A stretch of DNA of 64,000 bases, taken from a virus. Shown here one piece after another: positions 50,772-58,530 of the stretch. The position numbers and the translations under genes are program-made. The stretch covers positions 1-64,000 of IMG/VR virus record IMGVR_UViG_3300012347_000211, one strand, 5' to 3'. Numbering within the stretch: the stretch's first letter is position 1; each line of letters opens with the position of its first letter. Below the pieces are notes generated by a model, which made no database searches, was not told the origin of the DNA, and worked only from the letters and a program-made list of their open reading frames with translations.

Positions 50772-51205
50772 TATGCTCCGTTCTGGAACTTCGCCCAATC
50801 GATCGCAGCTTTGATCTGGAATCCTCTATTAGTGAGACTCTTGATGGCTGACTCCAAGAACGTAATCTTTTCCTCTTGGATATCGATCTTCATCTGAATC
50901 AGTTGCAGTTCCTTATCACCATCGATGTGGACAGGAATATCGGTTCGCAAGATCTTCAGTGGGTTTGGTTCCCATTGGCGTTCACGAAGGGTCTCTTCGT
51001 CGAGTGTGCCGTTGTAGTACTGGAACTTGTCCTTGTACAGTTGCTTGTAATCGGCCTGGTACTTCTTCAATACCAGGCGTTCGTTTGAGTAGAGTTTGAA
51101 ATACTTTGAATGCAACTGAGGGATGCGTAGACTCTCTTCGCCTAGTTCAGTGCGATCAATATCAGAGTCAGTTTCCCAGAGTTGTTGGATGTCTTCCAGT
51201 TTCAT
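50771..51205 (-). CDS. uvsY: Recombination mediator
   Basis: W..D..ID..ESL.IPQLHSKY..RGFQIK.AIDW.KF. Confidence 0.92.
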   Translation of the reverse strand: MKLEDIQQLWETDSDIDRTELGEESLRIPQLHSKYFKLYSNERLVLKKYQADYKQLYKDKFQYYNGTLDEETLRERQWEPNPLKILRTDIPVHIDGDKELQLIQMKIDIQEEKITFLESAIKSLTNRGFQIKAAIDWAKFQNGA

Positions 51206-51231
51206 GTGTTTTCCATAACAAATAAGAGCCA

Positions 51232-51260
51232 ATTATCACCGAAAGTGATACAAAAGTCAA
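51232..51260 (-). promoter_or_regulatory. Sigma70-type promoter for the uvsY-uvsW-gp55 operon
   Basis: gTTGACT-17 bp-GATAAT, overlapped by palindrome TATCACcgaaaGTGATA. Confidence 0.75.
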
Positions 51261-51263
51261 CAG

Positions 51264-51785
51264 TTACGCTGCAATTATTTCGTATTTCTGCAGGGCAAAA
51301 GTAGCAGTAGCTTCGACGTAGCTGACGTCGGTCTGACGCGAGTCGAATGTGATTGGTGACAAATCGACTGGGAATATGTTTTTGAACGTCACTTGCTTGA
51401 GTGGGTTCATTGAGCTGCTCATAATAACGAGTGTTGCATCGGACACCAGACCTTTACCAGTCGACGTGCCATTACTAGCGAGCGACTTATATTGATCGAA
51501 GTTGTCTGGGAATCCAATACCCATCATCCAATCGTAGATGTCCATGTAGTTTCTCATCTTCTCGTCCACCTTAAATGTAACGGAGAATGAAGAGAATTCA
51601 AGATGATCGCCAGGAAGTGGCAATCGGATGAATGGCGTAGGCATTGCACTTTGGCCAAGCGTAATTGAAGGCAACGTGACTGATTGCACGAAGTAATTGA
51701 TATCAGGTGAACGTCGGATGTTGAACCTGAATCCCAACGGGGACAGGAAGTTCATCGATTCTGTTTGTCTGTCTAGTACGCTCAA
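51264..51785 (-). CDS. gp3: Tail tube terminator / tail completion protein
   Basis: NFLSP.GF.F, P.PGD.L.F, F.VDE.M.NY..IYDW, FP..LS. Confidence 0.9.
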   Translation of the reverse strand: MSVLDRQTESMNFLSPLGFRFNIRRSPDINYFVQSVTLPSITLGQSAMPTPFIRLPLPGDHLEFSSFSVTFKVDEKMRNYMDIYDWMMGIGFPDNFDQYKSLASNGTSTGKGLVSDATLVIMSSSMNPLKQVTFKNIFPVDLSPITFDSRQTDVSYVEATATFALQKYEIIAA

Positions 51786-51808
51786 TTGTTATCTCCAAAG
51801 TTGTGTTC

Positions 51809-51816
51809 TATTTATC
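51809..51816 (-). promoter_or_regulatory. Late promoter variant for gp3
   Basis: GATAAATA just past the gp23 terminator. Confidence 0.65.
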
Positions 51817-51818
51817 CA

Positions 51819-51844
51819 ATAAAAAAGGGCCCCGAAGGGCCCTT
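51819..51844 (-). terminator. gp23 intrinsic terminator
   Basis: AAGGGCCC-TTCG-GGGCCCTT-TTTT. Confidence 0.95.
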
Positions 51845-51873
51845 GAAATTACCTGTCTTCGCAGGCTTATTTT

Positions 51874-53220
51874 TTAGAGGATGTTATCCACCATCACACG
51901 GCGGTAGTAGCCGTTGCTGTCCTTAGTAAGAACGCCAAGTTGTTCTGCAGGTGTGAATGCACCGTTAGACTCTGTCACGCCAGCGAATGGGTTTGCAACC
52001 ATGCCGTAACGTGTCTTGAAGCCGATCTTAGGTTGGAAAGTCGATTGATCGACTGCGCGAACCATTTGCAATGGAACGTATGGGCAGTAGAACAAACCAG
52101 CGTCGAATGCCGATGCACCCTTGTAACCAACAGTCAAGTAGTTACCGGTTGTGTATGGATCGATGTACACGCGGATACGACCGTTCAACACGCCAGCGAA
52201 TGTAGCGCCAGTGTCATCAACGTTCAAGTTGTTGCTGTTCAAAGCAGGAGCGTAGTCAAGAACGCCAGCCATTTGAAGTGCCGAAGCGACGTCAGACGAG
52301 CAGATCAAGATGTTACCCTTACCACGACGAGTTGCCTTAGCAATCGCGTTAGCTTCACGTTCGATTTGGAACATCAAGCCCTTGAACTTTTCAACAGACC
52401 AACGACCGTTAGCGTCAACGTCCAAGTCGAAACGACCAGCAGTTGTAGTACCGGTAGAAGCGCCGCGCAAAGCAGTCACGTTAACCGAGCGAACAACTTC
52501 GCGGTTGATTTCAGCCAAGATTTCAGTTGTCAAGATGTTTGACAATTCTGTTTCTGCGTCAAGACCGTGGATAGCCTTCAAGTCTTGAGCGAGTTCCATT
52601 GTGTACTCGGCCTTTAGAGCGCGTGTACCAGCAGTAACGGAAACTTTCTCGATCGAGAATGCCATTTCTGGGAATGTAACAGAGCTATTACCCAAGCCTT
52701 CAGCAGTAGCGGTAGCCATGCCTGTGCCGTAGTTATAGATGCCAGTCTCAGCCAAGTTAGCAGTACCGGTAGTAGTGTTACCAGGAACAGTACCAACGTG
52801 CTTCAAGCCGATTGTGTTAGCGCCAGAAACGCTTGTAGCGAATGCAGTATCAGCTTCGTTGTAGAAAGCCTCAGTGCCGCCTTGTGTGCTATAGCGAGCG
52901 CGCATAGCGAAGATCAAGCCTGTTGGGCCAGTCATCGGTTGTACGCCAGCGATGTCGTAAGCGATCAAGTTAGGCATTGCACGACGAACCAAGCTAATCA
53001 AAACTGGGTCGAAGTTGTCAACGGCAGAACCTGTTGCGTTTACGTGGTTTGCTTCTGTCAAGAACTGACCACCCATTTGGCCAGATTCACGCAGAGCGCG
53101 TTCAGTGTTTTCCAAGAGAACAGCAGTTACACCACGCTTGTGAGCATCTTTGATCTGTGGAAGATCTTCGTGCTCAATAACAGGTGCCCACTTTTTTTGG
53201 ACGTCTTCAGATAGGTACAT
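51874..53220 (-). CDS. gp23: Major capsid protein
   Basis: GVQPMTGPTGLIFAMR, RALKAEYT.ELAQDLKAIHGLDAE, QPKIGFKTRYG. Confidence 0.99.
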   Translation of the reverse strand: MYLSEDVQKKWAPVIEHEDLPQIKDAHKRGVTAVLLENTERALRESGQMGGQFLTEANHVNATGSAVDNFDPVLISLVRRAMPNLIAYDIAGVQPMTGPTGLIFAMRARYSTQGGTEAFYNEADTAFATSVSGANTIGLKHVGTVPGNTTTGTANLAETGIYNYGTGMATATAEGLGNSSVTFPEMAFSIEKVSVTAGTRALKAEYTMELAQDLKAIHGLDAETELSNILTTEILAEINREVVRSVNVTALRGASTGTTTAGRFDLDVDANGRWSVEKFKGLMFQIEREANAIAKATRRGKGNILICSSDVASALQMAGVLDYAPALNSNNLNVDDTGATFAGVLNGRIRVYIDPYTTGNYLTVGYKGASAFDAGLFYCPYVPLQMVRAVDQSTFQPKIGFKTRYGMVANPFAGVTESNGAFTPAEQLGVLTKDSNGYYRRVMVDNIL

Positions 53221-53259
53221 AGTTTCCCCTTCTTTCTAGTTAAATAATTGGGTTAATGA

Positions 53260-53267
53260 TATTTATA
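53260..53267 (-). promoter_or_regulatory. Late promoter for gp23
   Basis: TATAAATA. Confidence 0.9.
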
Positions 53268-53272
53268 AACTT

Positions 53273-54292
53273 TTATTTCTTGACCGTACGAGAAATAGCT
53301 GACACGTAGTTGGCAACTGGACCTGCGGTCTTAGTTGGTGCAACTTCTTCTGTCAAATCTACCATCTCACGCTCTTCGATCAATTGTGCTGGAGCAGCTT
53401 TCTTCTCACCGAAGTATTGCTCTTTAACCATTTGCAACTTAGCTGCATATGTATCAGCATCTGAAAACTCTACGCCTTCAGCCAATGTACGGAACTTCTC
53501 TACTTGGGTCATTGCGAGACCTTCAGCGACGTCACCGAACACGTCTTCTTTGACGCTTTCTTCTAGAGCAGCAGTCAGAGTGATGTTCTCGTCGAGGACA
53601 GCATTCAATTGCGCTTCTACTTCTTCCAACTGAGCTGCGAGTTCTTCAACTACGCTAACTTGTTCGTCTGGAAGGTTGATGTGGGATTCTTCGAACACAC
53701 GCTTGATGTTACCGATCAAGTCTTCTGTCAATTCGGTGCGGAGCGATTGCTCTACAGCGACGCGGTTTTCTTCCAACCACTCTTTGACAACGTAAGAAAG
53801 ATAGTCGTCTACTTTAGCAGACACTTCTTCGATCAACTCTGCCTTAGCAGCTTCGAAGCTTTCTTGTAGTTCGGTTTCCTTAGCTTGGAATTCTTCTTCC
53901 AAGGTTGTACGCTCTTCAGCGATACGGGATGCAACAGCTGCCTCGAATAGAGTAGATGCTTGCACCTTGAAGTCTTCAGACAATTCAAAGCCGTCAAGCA
54001 TTGCTGCCACATCTTCTTTTACAGTAGATGAAGCTGCGCTTGGCTTAGTAGCGATCGATGCTTTGTTCGATGCTGCTTTGTCGCCTGTAGGCTTAGTGTT
54101 GTTTTCGCTATCTGTATCTTCGATAGCTGTGTTGGAAGGGTCTTCGACTTTTTGCATCGCGTCGCCTTGCTTCTTCGAATTTGGCAGCGTAGCGGTTCCA
54201 CCAGTTGCATCAGCAGCTTTTGAAACGCCAGTAGCGCCTCCGCCGACAGCAACAGCTTCATCGATAGTAGCCAGTAGGTCTTTCTTTGCCAT
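53273..54292 (-). CDS. gp22: Prohead scaffold protein
   Basis: LSEDFK..A.TLFEAAV, DDYLSYVV.EW.EEN. Confidence 0.95.
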   Translation of the reverse strand: MAKKDLLATIDEAVAVGGGATGVSKAADATGGTATLPNSKKQGDAMQKVEDPSNTAIEDTDSENNTKPTGDKAASNKASIATKPSAASSTVKEDVAAMLDGFELSEDFKVQASTLFEAAVASRIAEERTTLEEEFQAKETELQESFEAAKAELIEEVSAKVDDYLSYVVKEWLEENRVAVEQSLRTELTEDLIGNIKRVFEESHINLPDEQVSVVEELAAQLEEVEAQLNAVLDENITLTAALEESVKEDVFGDVAEGLAMTQVEKFRTLAEGVEFSDADTYAAKLQMVKEQYFGEKKAAPAQLIEEREMVDLTEEVAPTKTAGPVANYVSAISRTVKK

Positions 54293-54318
54293 TTGGTTCT
54301 CCTAAAAAGATTTACTTT

Positions 54319-54326
54319 TATTTATA
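54319..54326 (-). promoter_or_regulatory. Late promoter for gp22
   Basis: TATAAATA. Confidence 0.9.
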
Positions 54327-54336
54327 TGACCGTGAT

Positions 54337-54981
54337 TTACAGTTGTGTTAGGAAGCGTCTAAACAACTCAGACTTAACTTCGTCGAGACGAATTGCTGGG
54401 GTTGCTTCGATGGTCTTCTTCATCTCGTCGATGTGCTGAGCCTTAATGAGACCGTTGTCCCATACCCACTCAACACCTTCCATAATTCCCTGAACGAATG
54501 CGTCAGGTGCTGATGGTTCTGCTACAATGTCTGCAGCAGTGGCGAGATAGAAGTCGTCCTGTACTTCCATGATTCCGTTTACTTCTTTCAGAGATCCCAT
54601 GCCGCGTGTAGAGACACCAAGGCAAACTCCGCTTTCAATCAACTTACGAGCAATGTTGCCCATAGGAGTATCTAGTACGAGTGCTTTGCCGTAGAAGTCG
54701 TTGCCGTTTTGCTTTAGCTCGACAATCTTGTGTGATACGCGGTCTAGGTTAATCGATGGACCATTAGGATGGCCGAGTTCGCCTAGAGCTCTGTTTTCGT
54801 TAATGTACTTCTTCGTGTAGCGGTCGATCTCGCGTTCCAGAGTTTCCACTCTGTACTTGCGGCCGTTGCCGTTTACACGTTCTGCTTGCAAGAAGATACC
54901 TTCGATGTAGAGGTTCTTCTTACCTGATTTTTCTTCGACAATAAATTTAATGTCTGAGACTTCTTCTGTGAACAGTTTCAT
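54337..54981 (-). CDS. gp21: Prohead protease
   Basis: ALGELGHP, GVSTRGMGS, AADIVAEPSAPDAFV. Confidence 0.98.
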   Translation of the reverse strand: MKLFTEEVSDIKFIVEEKSGKKNLYIEGIFLQAERVNGNGRKYRVETLEREIDRYTKKYINENRALGELGHPNGPSINLDRVSHKIVELKQNGNDFYGKALVLDTPMGNIARKLIESGVCLGVSTRGMGSLKEVNGIMEVQDDFYLATAADIVAEPSAPDAFVQGIMEGVEWVWDNGLIKAQHIDEMKKTIEATPAIRLDEVKSELFRRFLTQL

Positions 54982-54991
54982 GTTCGAGTCC

Positions 54992-55255
54992 TTATGTGAA
55001 CGAGATTGGAGTTGCGACTGCAGAGCTCGATGTGTTGACTGCGATCAGGTCAGTCGGAGACTTGACGAGAACGATAGCGGAGTCACCTGTACCAAGGAAG
55101 ATGGTACCAATCGTTGTGCCGTTTGCGTACTGACGTGATACCAATACGTTAGCCGCTGCAATCAACGACACACGAACACAAGAGGCAGAACCAACTGTAT
55201 TACCAGTGCTGGTGAGGGCGACTTGTTCACCTACAATCTTGATTGTATCTGCCAT
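54992..55255 (-). CDS. Small beta-rich head-associated protein
   Basis: Position in the head module. Confidence 0.65.
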   Translation of the reverse strand: MADTIKIVGEQVALTSTGNTVGSASCVRVSLIAAANVLVSRQYANGTTIGTIFLGTGDSAIVLVKSPTDLIAVNTSSSAVATPISFT

Positions 55256-55257
55256 GA

Positions 55258-56058
55258 TTATTCCTCTGCAGATGCTTCAGCGATTGCTTCGTCGATCATA
55301 GCGAGTACTTCCGCGCATCCTTCTTCTGACTCGATCAACGACAGGAACTCTTCACGCTCTTCTTCGGTTTCGAATCCTTCGAGGATTACATTGAGGAAGT
55401 CAGCAGCATCGACATCTTCTGTCAATTCAACTTCTTCTCTCATCGCAGCGTACTTCTTTTGCATAGCAGCATCTGCCTTAGCATATTCGCCTGTCTCTGC
55501 AAGACGGTCGTGGATGTCGCGCAATTGATCGTGCACACCACGAACGTCGCCTACATGGCCCCAGTGAATGTTGTCACCTCTAGCCTTGCTGCTTGTGTCT
55601 AGGTGCTTACCGATACTGTCGAGCAAGCCTTTAGCTTGAGCGTGGTATTCGTGGTAGCGCTTCTGTGCGTCTTCACCTTCGTCGATTTGTTCGACGTCTT
55701 CAGCAACGCGCTTAGCAGTCGCAGTGGCGATTGCCATCTTCTTGCTCTTGTCCATGCCTGGAGTCTCGCGTTCCATTGCCTTAGCAATTTGCTCGCGCTT
55801 CTTCAGCTCAGCTGGAGTAAGAGTCTTCTCATCGACTTGTTGTACGTCTTCGTATACAGCTTCGTCATTGCCAGTACTGTGGCCATGATTCTCGCCTTCG
55901 CGTTCAACAGACTTGATGTTGGTGGCTTTGAATAGTTTGTCGTCTTCAGATGGCTTGTCGAGCTTCTTTGTGTCTACGGCATGCTTCTTGACAAAACGCT
56001 CTGTGTCGTTTGTCATATACATCTTAGACTGTTCTAGAATGTTATTGAGCGATTTCAT
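55258..56058 (-). CDS. Prohead core / internal head protein (gp68-position)
   Basis: MKSLNNILE start; many (I/L/V)-x-E sites. Confidence 0.65.
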   Translation of the reverse strand: MKSLNNILEQSKMYMTNDTERFVKKHAVDTKKLDKPSEDDKLFKATNIKSVEREGENHGHSTGNDEAVYEDVQQVDEKTLTPAELKKREQIAKAMERETPGMDKSKKMAIATATAKRVAEDVEQIDEGEDAQKRYHEYHAQAKGLLDSIGKHLDTSSKARGDNIHWGHVGDVRGVHDQLRDIHDRLAETGEYAKADAAMQKKYAAMREEVELTEDVDAADFLNVILEGFETEEEREEFLSLIESEEGCAEVLAMIDEAIAEASAEE

Positions 56059-56308
56059 CTTTTTCCTCTTCGTTGTCGGTAACCTGTTCGGTATCGGACT
56101 GCTCGTCGTCTTGAGTTGCTTCGTCCGATTGCGCTACAGGCTCAACTTCTGGCTTACCGAAGTAGTTCTGAGCGACTTCATGTTTCGTTGCATCGATGGT
56201 GTCCACCAATTTAGGGGCCATCAGCTGGTTGAAAATTTCTTTGGCCTTAACTGCATCACCTGCAATAGAAGCTCTTACGTAATCTTGGGTTGTGTATTCT
56301 GTAGTCAT
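56042..56308 (-). CDS. Acidic prohead core protein (gp67-like)
   Basis: Downstream of portal; A...F...M..K.......K.EVA..YF plus acidic tail. Confidence 0.75.
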   Translation of the reverse strand: MTTEYTTQDYVRASIAGDAVKAKEIFNQLMAPKLVDTIDATKHEVAQNYFGKPEVEPVAQSDEATQDDEQSDTEQVTDNEEEKDEIAQ

Positions 56309-56321
56309 ATTAACTCCGCAT

Positions 56322-56329
56322 TATTTATG
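56322..56329 (-). promoter_or_regulatory. Late promoter variant
   Basis: CATAAATA right after the gp20 stop. Confidence 0.65.
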
Positions 56330-57904
56330 TCATTGTTTATTCGGCTGTGCTGGCGAACCTTGTTGGTCTTGCTCTAGCTCAGGAGGGTAATAAATTTGAT
56401 TGCTCTGTTCTTTTTTGATCAGTGCATCTTCTTTCTTGATATCGTCGTCCGTCTGCAACAAGATTTTTCTACGTACCCAGTCATGCGAATAGTACTTGCC
56501 AATCACTTCGCTGGCTTGTAGTTGTTGTAGAGTTGTAAGACGCTCTCTCAAGATCTCAGACTCTTTCAGTTCAGCAAAGAAGTTATCTCTTGCGAATACG
56601 AACTTAATCAGAGGTGCAATTGTTTTCCACTCTTCGGCAGTAGTCACTTGCTTGAGGACCAGTTGCTTCTCGAGTGCTTTAATAAACAAGTGGCTGAATC
56701 GACTGCGCAGGCGGTCAATCATTTTAGAGAACTTAACTTCGTCTCTTGTAATCTCAGACGCACGTCCCATATTGAACGCGTTGTCAGATTGGAGGCGAGA
56801 TGAAGGTACGTTCAATGACTCGTAAAGTTTTCGTTGGAAGTATTCGACGTCTGTCATCTCGCCAAGGTTTTGACCACCAGCTAGTGTAGAGATCTCAGTG
56901 CCTCTACCACCCTCACGACGAGGGAGCCAGTAATCTTCAAGCATCGTCATAAACTTACGATCGTCTCTGATTTCACCAGTTGCCGAATCGTATACGACTT
57001 TGTTCTTGTGACGGACCATCATATCACGTAGATATTGTTCCGCCTTCATCTTTGGCAAGTTACCCACGTCGATGTAGAACACACGACGTTCTGGAGCACG
57101 CGCAATGCGATAGATGACGCTTGCGTCTTCTAGTGATCTCAGATTGTTTAGGGGCTTGATTGCTGAGTGCAGGTTCGACAACACGAGTGTGTTTGTCTTA
57201 TCGAGGATACCTGACGTGCAATGAATGATACTATCTTTTGTGATCTTCATTCCTGTAGTAGCGCTCGTTTGCGCACCAGCTACGGAAGATCCAGTAGTAT
57301 TGAAGCCACGCTCGTTGTACACAAAGTACTCGGCGGCCTTTTCAGTGATGGTGGCAGAATTATTATTGTTGCCAACCTTCTTTTTCTTGGTCTCTTTGAC
57401 CTTCTTGATCTTTCTAGGATCAATGTATCGTAGTTCTTGAATGCCATCATTCGGGGCATTCTTATCAATAACTACTTGGTAGTACAATCTACCATCAACG
57501 TACCAGCGTCTGAAGATGTCATAAGCCTGGTTGTTGAAATCAAGCATCGTGAGAATGTTTTGAAATTCTTCATCGATTACTTTTTTGATGTTGTCCGGTA
57601 AGTCTTTTACTTTATCAAGGTCGATCTTTACAGTATCTTCCTCTTCGTCAGTTACAATAGATTCTTGCACGACGTCGTCAACTGCACGTTCCACTTCTGG
57701 ATGCATTGACATTTCACGGTACTTAGTTACAAGTTCTGCTTCATTTTTCGCTGATCCTTCAAGATCAACCACCGTGCCCATCGTGCCGCCACTAGCGACA
57801 ACTAACGCACCATCATCATCTAATTGAGGGACGATCGCATCCAGCTCCTGCACGGGAGCAGCTGCACCAGCTCTCTTAATCTCAAAGCCTAAAAAATTTG
57901 CCAA
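56330..57904 (-). CDS. gp20: Portal protein
   Basis: RAPERRVFYIDVGNLPK.KAEQY, EDYWLPRREGGRGTEI. Confidence 0.99.
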   Translation of the reverse strand: MANFLGFEIKRAGAAAPVQELDAIVPQLDDDGALVVASGGTMGTVVDLEGSAKNEAELVTKYREMSMHPEVERAVDDVVQESIVTDEEEDTVKIDLDKVKDLPDNIKKVIDEEFQNILTMLDFNNQAYDIFRRWYVDGRLYYQVVIDKNAPNDGIQELRYIDPRKIKKVKETKKKKVGNNNNSATITEKAAEYFVYNERGFNTTGSSVAGAQTSATTGMKITKDSIIHCTSGILDKTNTLVLSNLHSAIKPLNNLRSLEDASVIYRIARAPERRVFYIDVGNLPKMKAEQYLRDMMVRHKNKVVYDSATGEIRDDRKFMTMLEDYWLPRREGGRGTEISTLAGGQNLGEMTDVEYFQRKLYESLNVPSSRLQSDNAFNMGRASEITRDEVKFSKMIDRLRSRFSHLFIKALEKQLVLKQVTTAEEWKTIAPLIKFVFARDNFFAELKESEILRERLTTLQQLQASEVIGKYYSHDWVRRKILLQTDDDIKKEDALIKKEQSNQIYYPPELEQDQQGSPAQPNKQ

Positions 57905-57920
57905 TTGATAACTCCATAGG

Positions 57921-57945
57921 GAAAGCCGGCGCGGGCGCCGGCCTT
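57921..57945 (-). terminator. GC-rich hairpin after gp19 (weak terminator/attenuator)
   Basis: GCCGGCG-CCCG-CGCCGGC-TTT. Confidence 0.65.
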
Positions 57946-57953
57946 CGGTTTAA

Positions 57954-58505
57954 TTAGGCGCCGCCGGCGTTGCCAGTGATGCCCCCAGAAACTTCCCACC
58001 AGTCGTAGGCGAAAGTAACTGAGAATTCTTCAATAGTATCAGTTGAGTTCCAATCGAGGTCGATTGTTGATACTTCAGTTGGGAAGATACCACGGAACGC
58101 ATACTCGCGGATTGGCAAGCCAGTCTTTGAGAATTGTGTTACAGTAGCGTCTGATTTATACTGCAAGGGGCTTGCAGATCCGAACGCGCGAATGTTTCCT
58201 TCGAACGTGTTGATCTGGTTGGACCACTCTTCCAGTGCGTTTCTAATCAAGAAGTCTTCGTCGTTGATAACTTGCACAGACCACGTAGCGTATGTACGAT
58301 CGCCAGCCAAGCGAACCTTACGACCGAAGTATGGAACTTCGATAACACCCAAGGTTGCAGCTGGGATTGTTGTAGCACGTGCCATGAAAGGCAACTTCAA
58401 GTCGCCCGACGCGTTGGTCGGGTTGCTGAACTGTACTTGGAAAAGGGAGTTACGAGCTCCCCCCAAGACGAGTTGACTTCTGATCTCATTTACATTAAAG
58501 GCCAT
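57954..58505 (-). CDS. gp19: Tail tube protein
   Basis: GGAR..LF.V, EVPYFGR.V..AGDRT...W, INDEDF.IR. Confidence 0.97.
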   Translation of the reverse strand: MAFNVNEIRSQLVLGGARNSLFQVQFSNPTNASGDLKLPFMARATTIPAATLGVIEVPYFGRKVRLAGDRTYATWSVQVINDEDFLIRNALEEWSNQINTFEGNIRAFGSASPLQYKSDATVTQFSKTGLPIREYAFRGIFPTEVSTIDLDWNSTDTIEEFSVTFAYDWWEVSGGITGNAGGA

Positions 58506-58522
58506 TTGTTTTCTCCTCTACC

Positions 58523-58530
58523 TATTTAGA
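58523..58530 (-). promoter_or_regulatory. Late promoter variant for gp19
   Basis: TCTAAATA. Confidence 0.65.

Noticed and set aside
51264-53220. Absence of gp24/hoc/soc after gp23
   Set aside because: gp23-gp3-uvsY-uvsW-gp55-gp47-gp46 is the normal order in exo-T-even phages.
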